The notes under the pieces are model-generated. The model was not told where the DNA came from. It made no database searches and worked only from the letters and a program-made list of their open reading frames with translations. A stretch of 52,509 bases of DNA from Parachlamydiales bacterium. GTDB taxonomy: Bacteria; Chlamydiota; Chlamydiia; Chlamydiales; JAEYWL01. Both the position numbers and the translations under genes were made by a program. Positions 19,032 through 30,600 of the stretch are shown one piece after another (positions within the stretch are counted from its first letter, which is position 1; every line of letters starts with the position of its first letter). The stretch spans positions 1-52,509 of the forward strand of contig JAGVLX010000019.1 of NCBI GenBank assembly GCA_020054065.1, written 5' to 3'.

Positions 19032-22000
19032 TTTAAATATTTTACGGTTTATTCACTCTACTCTCTCCCTTATCAACGGTACCGGTGAACAGGCATTATC
19101 TTTGATCCCCTCAAGATCAAGTTTGAGAAGTCGATGCCAAGCAATCCAAAAAGAGATCAATGAACGGATGAGAACTGCGGATTTCTCAGCTTGTGATTGC
19201 TTGTCCAGGCTACTATCAAAGCTTCAAGCCAAAGAAAATGCTTTAATAGACGAAAAGTTTAAAGAATTGACAGAGGCCAGAACGTGGCAGGGACTCAATC
19301 GAGACAAAATCGTTAGAATCATGACGGAAGATGCTGAAAATTCAGTTGAAAAGGTAGCTAAAAAATTTGATGAAGCACTTTTACTTCTGCAGCTCAATGA
19401 AGAAACCCGAAAAAAATACGATCCAGATGAAATTAGGCAAATCACCCAAGTTGTCGATAATTTAAAAGCCGCTTATTTGCAATATTTAACATTAGTAGTC
19501 GAGACAAGAGCTAAAAGTTCATTATCAACCCCCATTAGCCCGGAAGAATTAAAAATCCTTGAATCATGCGTGGAAAAAATCCTGATTCTTGCTTCATCCC
19601 TCGATCCCATCCGGGCACGGATAGGCCCTATGCGTTCCCTCTTTTCCTTGAAAAGTAAAATACAAACAGGGGAAGCGTATTTTAAGCACTCGACATTCTC
19701 AACGATCGATGCACATCGCAATCAAGCCATACAGGATGCGAGAGATTTCATCCTTCTCTACAAAGAGTTATTTCCCAATGAAAGGGACTGCGATCGGCTC
19801 ATCGAAAGCATCAAGCAATGCTATGAATCGATCCTTAAGGAAAAACGAGGGGCTTACCTTTACGCCACTCAATTCAACCTAGATGAGTTTCCTGATTTGC
19901 TAGACTCTGCAGCAACTTTTGAGGAAGCACGTGAATTAGCTGGCAAAACGCTTTCAAATCTTACCTTATCCGAAAGTCCTAGGGCGTTTCTAACAGCTGA
20001 AGAAGTTCAACAAGTGGAAAATCTTCATCGCGCATGTGAAGAAGCGTACATCGATTGGGTGTTAGGCTATCTCGCTAGAAACGTGGAAAACAGTGTCCAT
20101 CCCATCGTTCTACCTATTTTAGCCCACTATGTAAAGAGTCATCCTGACCTTCCTATGCCGAGGCAGGAGTATATCAAAGCGGTTATTGAAAAATACGGCG
20201 CAGCGCGCGAACAATTGAGAAAAATAAGAGGAGTCACATTTAACGGAAATGATGTTGAGAATACCTATAGGCACTTGAGCGATTATCTATTGGCTATTCA
20301 AAAATTATTATATTTACACACAGAATTATTTCCTGAGCAATTAAATCCATGGGAAGAAGAATTAGCGCAACGGCGCGAACAAGCTCAAGAATATCTAATT
20401 ACCGAAGGCGGGCTGGCTATTGCTGAAGCCTTTAGTTTAAATACAAGATCAACACCCTTATTCACAGAATACCCCCCAGAAGGGTCGCTAGCTAATCTAT
20501 TGAAAGGTTTTCAGTTCTATGTCGCATCGATGTCTGCGCTTAAGAAAACCCGTCGGGAGGTTGGTTCCGAAATTCTGAATGACGCACGCCGCATCCTCAA
20601 GCAAGCGTATAATCAATGGGTGGATCGGTGCATTGCCCATCATCAACAAAAGTCTCTTGATCTGGATCACCCAAATGCAATAGAGGAGCTGCATCTCCCG
20701 TTACTTATTCTTCAAATGACGAAGAATCGGGGTCATAGTCGGGGTGATATTATCTTTGCATCAAAGTCAGCTCTTGCGCTGCTTGATAAACTTAAGCCAA
20801 TTCTGCAACGAAATATCCCATACAATTCCATCGAAGAGTATTTTGATCAATGTGAAAAGCTGATTGACATTTGTGTAAAGAAAAAACTTGTACGGCTAGA
20901 GCCTGGCGTAAAAATTGTTAACGGAGACCGCTACTTAGAAGATCCCCATGATCGAACAATTTATGTCGAATTTCGCGATCATTTCTTATTTATAAATTAT
21001 CGAAATCCGGTCAACGGCTATTCGCTTATATCTTATAAGATTTATTCCTCCAACGAGCTTCATGCACGGTTTCAAGAAAGAAGGCGCTTAATTCAAATAG
21101 CTGATGAAATTTCAGATTGGGAAGCGCATCCACAACCCAGTCGGGCTGTCTTTAGAAGTGTTAGTGCTTTGCCTATTTCAGAAAAAGGCGCAGCGGAACG
21201 GTTTGTGGTGATCTTTATCCCAGATCGCAATGAATTTGTGATGGTGAATAATAAAAGCCGAATGACCTACGCCGAAATTTCCAGCAGAGTGATCAGCCGT
21301 GTGAAAAATGATGACACACTGATCCCTATCGTTTCATTAAGGCAGTTTGAGGAAGTTCAGGCGCGCCTAAAGGATCAAGAGCAGACCGAAAAACTCGACC
21401 AAGAGTTTGTCTTGTCTGAAAAAGCACTCAGGACCATTTCGCCGGCGTCTATTCTCGATCTACCTCCAATGCCCACAGATCTTATCCGTTCGCGGCTGAC
21501 GTACTGTTTGGAACTGTTGAGATCGATCAATTTTACGAATCCGAAACAGAAAAACTACCATTCACCCATGTTCGAAGGTCATGATTTAAGGCAGATGGTT
21601 AAAAAGCTCGTGCAGTTTGTTAAAGGCCGATTGGAATATTATGGGATTCCTAAAAACGATTCCATGAAGAAAAAATGGTACGACCGGTTCGAGGCGATGT
21701 TGCGTCAATCGATTTTGATCATGCGCGAGCGCTTCGATGGGGCGCCCCTCGATAAAAAAGCAGAGGTATTGCGCGACAATCAAACCATGGTTCTGGAAAT
21801 CGGTAAATTTGTTCAATTTTGCGGTGCCCGATGGATCACCGAATTAAATACCATTTATCGCATCTTATCTGGACGGATGGACCAACTGTTTGTAGGAGAT
21901 ATGCCGACGATCATGCATAAAATCTTGGATGACTTGAAAACCGGCATTCTGAATGCGATGGCCAATGAGACACCCTCAACTGTCGTTTACCAATCCTCAC

Positions 22001-22977
22001 ACGGATTGATCTACTACATGCAAGCGCTTGCAAGGCTTAATTACACGATTCCGCAGGCCGAATTAGCAGATTATGAAGATGTATATGACGCGCAAGGCAA
22101 AAGTGGAAAATATAAAACAGACCAAGAAGTTGAAAAGGGATTTAAAGCCCACTTAAAAGCATCAACTGGCATCGGTTTGATTCATACGACGTTAAACGAA
22201 AGAATGGTGACGGAATCGCGCGAAAACATTTTGATTGCATTACGCACATGCATCAAAACACCGCCAGCTGGATTAGCGCAATTGCGTAAAGAGCAAGCTA
22301 ATGAATTAAAAAAAGTGCAAACGCAGCTCGATAAAGAAAGCGCATTGAGTCATGCAGAAAAGCAGCTATTCATCCATCTCTCAACGCTACAGCGCAATGC
22401 CTTTATCATTGGGCAAACGGAAGAAATGAAAACATTCCGCGCACAAATCAAAGCTTTAATAGCAAACAAGCCATCTTACGTGCTCGCTTTTGCAAAACAG
22501 TTAGATGATCAAGAGTTTAATGCACAAAAGAGCAAGGAAATTCCCCTTACAGAATCTGAAAACGCATTTCTTAAAGCAATCCAGCAACAGAGCGCCCTCA
22601 CGCACGAGGATAAGCAGCAATTAACCCAGATGGCCGCAAGTAAGCCCTGCCAGTTAGCGATTCATGAATGCGGTGGTCAAGAAATTTATGCGAAAATTGG
22701 TAAAGAGCCTTATTGTCGGCCTGATCTAATCAATCGCTTCGGCTTAAACGTTGTTCCCTTTAAGACACAGCTGGACGCCCTAAAAGAGCAGCACGCAAGC
22801 CAAATCGCCGAGCTGTTAGATGAGCAATTATTGAATTTAAAATTCTTGCGCAAAGAAACGCGCATGCTGAAGAAGCCCAAATCAGATGAGCTTGTTCCGC
22901 AAGAGGTATTGTTATTAACTGTAGAGGGGACAATGGAACTCCTGCGCCCCACAGGATTATTAGATACGCGGAGATAA
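19030..22977 (+). CDS. main body of paralogue 1; putative NEL-like E3 ligase domain protein (frameshifted, possibly a pseudogene)
   Basis: Homology with the paralogues resumes at NLNIL after one extra base. FCGARW..SSHGLIYY is conserved. Confidence 0.75.
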   Translation, partial: NLNILRFIHSTLSLINGTGEQALSLIPSRSSLRSRCQAIQKEINERMRTADFSACDCLSRLLSKLQAKENALIDEKFKELTEARTWQGLNRDKIVRIMTEDAENSVEKVAKKFDEALLLLQLNEETRKKYDPDEIRQITQVVDNLKAAYLQYLTLVVETRAKSSLSTPISPEELKILESCVEKILILASSLDPIRARIGPMRSLFSLKSKIQTGEAYFKHSTFSTIDAHRNQAIQDARDFILLYKELFPNERDCDRLIESIKQCYESILKEKRGAYLYATQFNLDEFPDLLDSAATFEEARELAGKTLSNLTLSESPRAFLTAEEVQQVENLHRACEEAYIDWVLGYLARNVENSVHPIVLPILAHYVKSHPDLPMPRQEYIKAVIEKYGAAREQLRKIRGVTFNGNDVENTYRHLSDYLLAIQKLLYLHTELFPEQLNPWEEELAQRREQAQEYLITEGGLAIAEAFSLNTRSTPLFTEYPPEGSLANLLKGFQFYVASMSALKKTRREVGSEILNDARRILKQAYNQWVDRCIAHHQQKSLDLDHPNAIEELHLPLLILQMTKNRGHSRGDIIFASKSALALLDKLKPILQRNIPYNSIEEYFDQCEKLIDICVKKKLVRLEPGVKIVNGDRYLEDPHDRTIYVEFRDHFLFINYRNPVNGYSLISYKIYSSNELHARFQERRRLIQIADEISDWEAHPQPSRAVFRSVSALPISEKGAAERFVVIFIPDRNEFVMVNNKSRMTYAEISSRVISRVKNDDTLIPIVSLRQFEEVQARLKDQEQTEKLDQEFVLSEKALRTISPASILDLPPMPTDLIRSRLTYCLELLRSINFTNPKQKNYHSPMFEGHDLRQMVKKLVQFVKGRLEYYGIPKNDSMKKKWYDRFEAMLRQSILIMRERFDGAPLDKKAEVLRDNQTMVLEIGKFVQFCGARWITELNTIYRILSGRMDQLFVGDMPTIMHKILDDLKTGILNAMANETPSTVVYQSSHGLIYYMQALARLNYTIPQAELADYEDVYDAQGKSGKYKTDQEVEKGFKAHLKASTGIGLIHTTLNERMVTESRENILIALRTCIKTPPAGLAQLRKEQANELKKVQTQLDKESALSHAEKQLFIHLSTLQRNAFIIGQTEEMKTFRAQIKALIANKPSYVLAFAKQLDDQEFNAQKSKEIPLTESENAFLKAIQQQSALTHEDKQQLTQMAASKPCQLAIHECGGQEIYAKIGKEPYCRPDLINRFGLNVVPFKTQLDALKEQHASQIAELLDEQLLNLKFLRKETRMLKKPKSDELVPQEVLLLTVEGTMELLRPTGLLDTRR

Positions 22978-22986
22978 AAAGCCAAG

Positions 22987-25900
22987 ATGGATAAAGCGCA
23001 CACAAAAGTTATCATTCACCCTGAATTATCAGATAAGCACTACAATGTGCAAAGATTCGTGCTGATCTCTCAGGCCGGCTCATGGCAGCTTATCCCGGTC
23101 GCTTTGGCCGATTTAACCTGTCAAACAATCACCGATATAACGAAGATTGCTGAAATCCTCAATTCTCCTAACATAGAAATTCAATCCACCTTATCTCATC
23201 TAAAACTGACTAAACGTATCAATCAACTGATTTGTGAACAGAATGTTCGAAATGAAAGCACGCGCAGCTCGGCTGGAGGAGCTCTGCTTCTTGCGATTCC
23301 TTATGTGAAGGGGTGCCTCCAATGGATGACGCCAATCATCTCCTATCCGCATCACTTTACCCGAAAAATGATTCAAAGCTGCATCACCAGCTATACAGAC
23401 TACCCCGAGACACTGACACGAGGCGATGTGGAGGCAATCATTCAGCACACTCAAGATCTCATGCGTTTCTGTCTCTGTACTCCAGCTGAGCTGACCCGAT
23501 TGCAAGAAAATTTAAAGAGTTTACAGTGGATTGTCTCATTTTCCGACCAACAACAGGCACTCTCCTCAATTCCTTCTTGTGCAGCCTTGAGAAATAGATG
23601 CCGAGAGATTACAAAAGAAATCGAAGCAGCTGAAGCTGCTACCTACAAACCAAATCAGGCGTTCTGGACATCTCGAAAAACAATTCTTGCTCAGCGCGAA
23701 AAAGCCCTCATGGATGAAAAATTTAAAGAAATGGTAACCGCCGAAAAATATCAAGGTTTGGATGAAGTTGAGATAAGATGCAACATACGTAAAGAGAGTA
23801 GAGGTGATTATGCGCCTATGAGCATAACCGTTGACAAGGAACTATCCGCTCGCTTTGAAGCGGAGCTATCCGCTCTTAACCTTAATGAAGAGACGCGGAA
23901 AAAATACGATCCTGTTGAAATTGGATGTATCACTCAAACGACAGAAAAATTAAAAAATGCTTATCGGAAGCATCTAAATTCGATAATAGAAATATCTGCA
24001 AGGTATATTTTGAATGTTGTTAAAGTAGAGGATTTTACGCTTATGGAAGCCTACATTGACAAACTTTTAAGCATTCCTCAGATAGATTCCATTCAAGAAC
24101 GCCTAACGAGTATTCGTCTTTTGTTGGGTTTGAAACGTAGATTACAAAATATAGAAGAGTATTATAAGCATTCAACATCGGCAACCATTGAAATGCAGCG
24201 CGATCAAGCATTGCAACATGTCATAGAATTCCTAATTCGACGCAAAGAGCTATTTCCTAGAGATCCAGAAGATGAATTCATTGAGTGGAGTGAAAAATGC
24301 ATTGCACAAATCAAGCAATGTTATGAAGACACTCTCAAACAAAAAAAAGCGGCTTACCTTTTTGCGTCGCAGTTTAATGGTGAGGAATTTCCCGATCTTT
24401 TAGACTCCGAGCCCACCTTGAATGATGCGATTAGGTTAGCGGAAGCGACATTTAGGAAGTTGCTGCTCTCGGACAAGGAACGAGCGTTCTTAAAAGCAGA
24501 AGAAGTTCAATTCGTTGAAGATCGTTCAAAACTCTGTGAAGAAGTGTATATTGATTGGATCATCGGCCATTTTGCTGTACATGCACGACAATATGTGCAT
24601 ACAGAGATAGCGAACCTCTTAAAAACATATCTACTTACGCATCATCATTTGCCGGCCGAAAGGCGGCAGCGCATCAAAGCGATTGTGGATGTATATATTC
24701 CGACGATCGAGGCACTTGTTAATCTTACAAAAGTGTTGTATGAAGACTCAACATTTAAGCAGGTCGGTTTAAGCGAACTATACTACAACCTGCTCGATTA
24801 CGATCTTCTCATTCAAAAACTCCAAAAGCTGCATTCTGAGCAATTTCCTGATGATTTGAATCCGTGGGAGCAAGCGTTAACCCAGGTTCGAACCCAATAT
24901 CAACACTATCTAGAAGAGGAGCGAGACGCCGAACAGCTTTCTATCGCACTGAAATTGAAAACCAGATCAACGCCTCTGTTCTCAGAATATCCTGTCGACA
25001 AGTCGCTCGCTGAATTGATGAATGTTTTTACCGTCTATGCCGAGTGGATGAATACCCTTTATTTACCCATGGATCGCTTTGATGCTGTTCTTGTTGATTC
25101 CCTGCAATGCATCCTATCCGACCTGGAAACTGCTTATTCACGGTGGGTGGATCAATGCATTGCGCATCATCGCCAAAAACCTTTCAATCGAGATCAAATA
25201 GATATTGAAGAACTGAACCTTTTTTCATCCATCATCGCTTTTCGAATCGATAATAAAAGCCAAGAGGCGTTGTCAGAGGTGTTATTCGAAAAGCTCAGAC
25301 CTATCTTTGAACGTCATGTTTCCTCCTATCGGACCTTTGATGGATACGGCATGCAGTATGAACAGCTGGTTGAGGCGTGGATGATGAAAAAGTTGGCAAG
25401 TTTGCAACTGAGACTTGTGCCTTTAAAAGAACTTGATACACGAACAGTTAATCATCGTGATGATCGCAACATTTACTTCTATTTTGATAAAAATCACTGT
25501 TTAGTCTTGCAGTACTTTCATCCAGTGACCGGTGTACCAGAAAATTACACTGTTTTTTCATTGCACATTGAGGCGTGGTTTCAGAAAAGAATGCGCTTAA
25601 TTGAAATGGCACACGACATTTCTGAGTGGGAACACACTCCAAAGAGTGAGCGGATTGTTTTTAGAAGCGCGGGTGCTATGCCTGTTAAAAACGATCTAGC
25701 TGAACAGTTTGTTGTCGTATTCATGCCAGGTCATGACGAATTTCTGGTTGTGTTTAACAAATCGCGCAAATTGAGCTACATCAATGTGATAGATAGAATT
25801 TTCAAACGTTCTGAAAGCGATTGTAGGTTTATATCTATTTCTTCATTGAAGCAATTTGAAGAGGTAAGGGCCCGCATTCTAGAGCAAGAGGAGATTGAAA

Positions 25901-27486
25901 CACTCGATCAAGAATTTTGCCTTTCCGAAAAAGCTCTTAAAACCCTCTCTGCAGCTTCTGTGCTAGATCTTCCTAAAATGCCTGCCGATCTGGTGCGTTC
26001 AAGTTTGTCGTACTTTTTGGAAATCTTAAGAACCATCAATTTTTCAAATCATGCTGATAAAAATTCCCGCTCTCCTTTTTTTGAAGGCCAGGATCTTAGG
26101 GTAATGATAAAACGGCTGATTCGCACTGTTAAGGGGCGTTCGGAATATTCTGGCATCCCTAAAAAAGACCCTATGAAGAAAAAATGGTACGATCGATTCG
26201 AAGCGTTGTTGCGCCATACGGTTCTGATCATGCGCGATCGTTATGAGGCTTCCCTTGCAAATCAGAGAACTGAAATTTTGGGTGATCATCAAAGCATTGT
26301 TTTAGAAATCGGTAAATTTGTTCAATTTTGTGGCGCCAGATGGATCACCGAATTGATTACCATTTATCGTATGGCATCGGGCAGCATAGACACGCTATTC
26401 GTTGGAGATATGCCTACCATTCTTCATAAAATCATAGATGATTTAAAAACGGCAACGTTGGGTGAGATGGCCAATGAAACCCCGTCAACGGTAGAGTACC
26501 AGTCCTCGCATGGATTGATCTACTATATGCAATGCCTTATGGGCCTTAAGTATGCGCTTCCAGAGGCTGAATTGGCCGATTATGAAGATACCTATGATGC
26601 CTTGGGAAAAAGAGGGAGATATAAAACGGCCCAAGATGTCGAGATCGGTTTTAAAACGCGCTTAAAAGCATCGGCCGGAATCGGTTTAATTCATACGACG
26701 TTAAACGACAGAATGCTCACAGAATCACGCGATAATATTCTAGCTGCACTACGCTCATGCATCAAAACACCTCCAGCTGGATTAGAGCGATTGCATAAAG
26801 AACAAGCTGGCGAATTAAAAACCGTTCAAAAACAGCTTGAGGCAGAATGTGGGCTGACTGAAGATGAAAAGAGGTTGTTACTCGAGCTCTCCACGTTAAA
26901 GCGCAATGCGTTTATCATTGGACAAACAACGAAGATGAAGGCATTTCGCACCCAAATCCTGAATTTAATTGCAAACAAGCCATCGCATGTGCTCGCCTTT
27001 GTAAAAGAACTGGATGATCGAGAGTTTGATGCGCAAAAAGCCAAAGAAGCGCCTCTTACAGATGAAGAGATCATGTTCCTTAAATCACAGCATCCGCTGA
27101 AGACAATTTCAGCAGAAAATAAGTCAAAGTTGGCGGCGTTAGCTGAGCGAATGCCCTGTCAGTTGGAGATCCATGAATGCGGTGGTCAAGAAATTTATGC
27201 GAAAATTGGTAAAGAGCCTTATTGCCGGCCCGACTTGATCAGACGTTTTGGCTTAAACGTGATTCCCTTTAAGACACAGCTGAATGGGTTAAAAGAGCAA
27301 CATGCCAGCCAAATTGCTGAGCTATTGGATGAAGAGTTGTTGAAACAAGGGCTTTTACGCAAAGAAACACGCATGCTGAAGAAGTCCAAATCCAGCGAGC
27401 TCGTTCCGCAAGAGGTATTATTATTAACCGTCGCGGGGACGCTCGAACTCCTGCGCCCTACCGGCTTATTAGATAAACGGAGATAA
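22987..27486 (+). CDS. 1499-aa paralogue 2; putative NEL-like E3 ligase domain effector
   Basis: Intact ORF; same conserved C-terminal block with Cys codon at 26329. Confidence 0.75.
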   Translation: MDKAHTKVIIHPELSDKHYNVQRFVLISQAGSWQLIPVALADLTCQTITDITKIAEILNSPNIEIQSTLSHLKLTKRINQLICEQNVRNESTRSSAGGALLLAIPYVKGCLQWMTPIISYPHHFTRKMIQSCITSYTDYPETLTRGDVEAIIQHTQDLMRFCLCTPAELTRLQENLKSLQWIVSFSDQQQALSSIPSCAALRNRCREITKEIEAAEAATYKPNQAFWTSRKTILAQREKALMDEKFKEMVTAEKYQGLDEVEIRCNIRKESRGDYAPMSITVDKELSARFEAELSALNLNEETRKKYDPVEIGCITQTTEKLKNAYRKHLNSIIEISARYILNVVKVEDFTLMEAYIDKLLSIPQIDSIQERLTSIRLLLGLKRRLQNIEEYYKHSTSATIEMQRDQALQHVIEFLIRRKELFPRDPEDEFIEWSEKCIAQIKQCYEDTLKQKKAAYLFASQFNGEEFPDLLDSEPTLNDAIRLAEATFRKLLLSDKERAFLKAEEVQFVEDRSKLCEEVYIDWIIGHFAVHARQYVHTEIANLLKTYLLTHHHLPAERRQRIKAIVDVYIPTIEALVNLTKVLYEDSTFKQVGLSELYYNLLDYDLLIQKLQKLHSEQFPDDLNPWEQALTQVRTQYQHYLEEERDAEQLSIALKLKTRSTPLFSEYPVDKSLAELMNVFTVYAEWMNTLYLPMDRFDAVLVDSLQCILSDLETAYSRWVDQCIAHHRQKPFNRDQIDIEELNLFSSIIAFRIDNKSQEALSEVLFEKLRPIFERHVSSYRTFDGYGMQYEQLVEAWMMKKLASLQLRLVPLKELDTRTVNHRDDRNIYFYFDKNHCLVLQYFHPVTGVPENYTVFSLHIEAWFQKRMRLIEMAHDISEWEHTPKSERIVFRSAGAMPVKNDLAEQFVVVFMPGHDEFLVVFNKSRKLSYINVIDRIFKRSESDCRFISISSLKQFEEVRARILEQEEIETLDQEFCLSEKALKTLSAASVLDLPKMPADLVRSSLSYFLEILRTINFSNHADKNSRSPFFEGQDLRVMIKRLIRTVKGRSEYSGIPKKDPMKKKWYDRFEALLRHTVLIMRDRYEASLANQRTEILGDHQSIVLEIGKFVQFCGARWITELITIYRMASGSIDTLFVGDMPTILHKIIDDLKTATLGEMANETPSTVEYQSSHGLIYYMQCLMGLKYALPEAELADYEDTYDALGKRGRYKTAQDVEIGFKTRLKASAGIGLIHTTLNDRMLTESRDNILAALRSCIKTPPAGLERLHKEQAGELKTVQKQLEAECGLTEDEKRLLLELSTLKRNAFIIGQTTKMKAFRTQILNLIANKPSHVLAFVKELDDREFDAQKAKEAPLTDEEIMFLKSQHPLKTISAENKSKLAALAERMPCQLEIHECGGQEIYAKIGKEPYCRPDLIRRFGLNVIPFKTQLNGLKEQHASQIAELLDEELLKQGLLRKETRMLKKSKSSELVPQEVLLLTVAGTLELLRPTGLLDKRR

Positions 27487-27511
27487 AAGAAAAATTTGGA
27501 GTAGGCGACAA

Positions 27512-27662
27512 AAAATTAACCACAGAGACACAGAGGCACAGAGAAAAAATTGAACACCTCGTTAAACAAATACACTCGCGATGTAAAATATCCTATCACA
27601 TTCAGCAATATTATCTATCCTCGCCTGCTTTCTCTGTGCCTCTGTGTCTCTGTGGTAATTTT
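27512..27662. repeat. MITE/REP-like element, AATTAACCACAGAG family, copy 2
   Basis: AATTAACCACAGAGACACAGAGGCACAGAGAAA ... TTTCTCTGTGCCTCTGTGTCTCTGTGGTAATT. Confidence 0.9.
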
Positions 27663-27691
27663 AATTAACGCACTCCAAATAGCTTATAAAG

Positions 27692-30600
27692 ATGATGAAT
27701 ATGCATAAAATACGTACGGTAGAAATCCATCCTGATTTAGCGGATGGGAATTATCACACACAAAGGTTCGCGCTGAAATCTCATGGCATAGGCGTATGGC
27801 AGCTCATTCCGATTGCGTTGGCGGATCCCTCTTGTCAAATCATTACCGACATTGCAAAGATCGCTGAAATCATCAACTCCCCCAAGGTGGAAATCGTTAG
27901 CAGCAGAGCCTATTTGAAGCTCACTCGGCGGATTAATGATTTAGTCTATCAGTATAATGGGAAAAATGATCAAGCCCACGCCGCAACGGCCGTTTCGATT
28001 CTTGATAGAGTGCCTTATGTGAAGCAATGCGTCGGCTGGCTGCTTCCGTCCATTCCTTATCCCCACACTTTTACCATGCAAGCGATGCTTAACGCGCTAT
28101 CCTACCATGCAGGCCATCTGGAAACTTTAGGCTGCCCAAGCCTCGACGAGCTTAGATGTCAAATTCAAGATCTGCTACGCTATTGCTTATGCACACAGGA
28201 AGAAAAGTCGTTGTTAAAAGACAACCTGCAACTGCTTGAAACTTACCTCGCGTGGCTTGGCGATCCAGCCACCACAGCGACTACACGCGACATGGTAAAG
28301 GGAATGACGACAGCTCAGTTTCGTGAGCGCTGTTTCCACATTAAAAGGCTAGCCGATCAATCTCAATCCCTATGCAGCTCTAATTCGATTGGGAAGGCCT
28401 TTTCAATGTTGATGAGTTGTAAAGAGGCCGAGTTATTCCCAGAACTATCTGCAGCAAATGTTTATCTACAGGCAGACGTCAATGTGATTAAATCTGACTT
28501 GGGGATGAATAGCCCCCATCCTGTCGATGTGGTGACTAAACTCTTTGAAAAAGCATTAATCCCTTTAACATTAACTGAACAAACCCGAAAAAGATACGAT
28601 CCATCCGAAATTGAAAGGATAGGCCAGGCGATAAGAAAGATTGAATCGGTTTATTTTTCAAATATAGAAGCTCACCTGCTAGGCATGGTCGAAAGATTCT
28701 ACAATGTTACTTCCGAAGACCTTACATACCTTGTGAATTGGATCGACCTCTATAAAGCGAAGTTTGATCCCTCTGTTAACATCATAGAGAAATTTAGAAA
28801 GATTAAATACTTTTTCACTTTAAGATTTAAGTTAACGACGCTTGATAAATATTTCAAAAAAGCCACTTCGGCAACCATTGCGAGACAGTGCGATTGTGCT
28901 TATGAACAATTAAAGGAACTTCACCGCCTCTACGGGGAAATTGTGCCGCATGCCAACAAGGAAACCGCCAATCAATGGTTTAAGAACGTCCGCGAGATGA
29001 TTATAAAACGTTACGAGTTTCTTATTGCGGAGAACATGTCTCCCTACATCATTGCAAAAGACTTGAATCTTGGCGAATTCACCGAAGAATTAGAAGCGAT
29101 GGATTCATTAGATAAAGGCTGTGCATTGATTGCGCATACCTTAAAACGGCTTGAAGTTTCTGAAGCTCAGCGACTGTTTTTATCTTCTGAAGAAGTTCAA
29201 CTCATCCACTCGCAGCGCAAAGCTCTTTTAAATGCTAGAGTGGATTGGGTGCTCCTTTGTATATCAAAGCATGTGATTTGTCCGAACGCCTTCCATATCC
29301 TTTCAAAATTAAAAAGTTTTATGGCCCTGGCTGAAAATTCAGAAGTTTCAGCCGATCGGTGTGAACGGATGAAGGCGGTCGTGGAAACCTATGAACCAGC
29401 TCTTAAAAAGTTAATCAGCGACATTGGAAGTGTGTGGGATGTTACCGGATTTAAAACAAATGATCTAAATGTTCTTTATGGCGCAATTCTTAGATTAAAT
29501 GGTTCGTGTCAGGCCATTTTAAAACTGCACAGTGAACTCTTTCCGGATGAAATTAATCCTTGGGTAAAATTTTTAAAACGCACACAGAAGAAATATATTG
29601 ATTATTTATATGACGTGTTAGGGGCAACAGATATTGAACAAGCTCTCTATGTCGCAACCTTGACGACTCCGTTATTTTCCACTCACCAGGCAGAAAAATC
29701 AGTCGGTACGATTATCTCTGTATTTAATGATTTTGAAGGGATCATGCAATCCTTAAACACACGGAGTGAAGGGTTAACTCGAACCACCCTAGACGAAATC
29801 GAAAAAGCGAAACAGACGATTCAAGCTGCTTTTGATGCGTGGATTGCTCGCTGGGTCGCCCATCATATGCATACGACACTTACTCCGGATGAGATCACAG
29901 CGGATGTTTTCTATTTTTTAACGTTCATGAATCAAAATTTCAATGAAATCGAGGGAGAGCTCTTTAAAATTTGCTTTTTGCAATTATATGACAAGGTAAG
30001 ACCCGTAGCGAATCGTTATCTCCACGTGCCAGTGGCGGCTGATGAATATGCCATCCATTTTAAAACCTTTTTGAAAGACTATTTTACTAGAGTGGCAAGC
30101 AAAAAATATGGCACGAAATTCCTCGAAGATGATCAAGGGATGAATAGCGAGGACAAGTGCATTTATTTTAGTTTAAATGGCATAGGGCCGTGTATCCTTA
30201 GAGCAATAAACCCGGTAAATAGACAGATTTTAGCCTTTTTTCACCCTGCACGGCTCGAAGAGTTGATTCATGCGAGAAGGATGTATAACCGGATGCATCG
30301 TGAAATTTCAGAATGGGAAGGGACCCCCCATCCTGAACGGATCGTTTTTAGGAAGAAGGAGCAACTCGAGGAGGCGGCACGTCAAAACAATGTCCCGCCA
30401 CGCTTTGTTGTGCTCTACTCAAATGAACACTATCAAGTATTTTTTAATCCACGTCAGACACTGACTTATCAACAGATCCTTGATAAAATGAAAGCACAGA
30501 AACCGAAAGATCCTTCTTGTGCATTTATTGCCTCATTGGCGCAATTTGAGGAAGTCGCTAACCGATTTAATGAACAAGAGCAGATCGAACACTTAGATCA

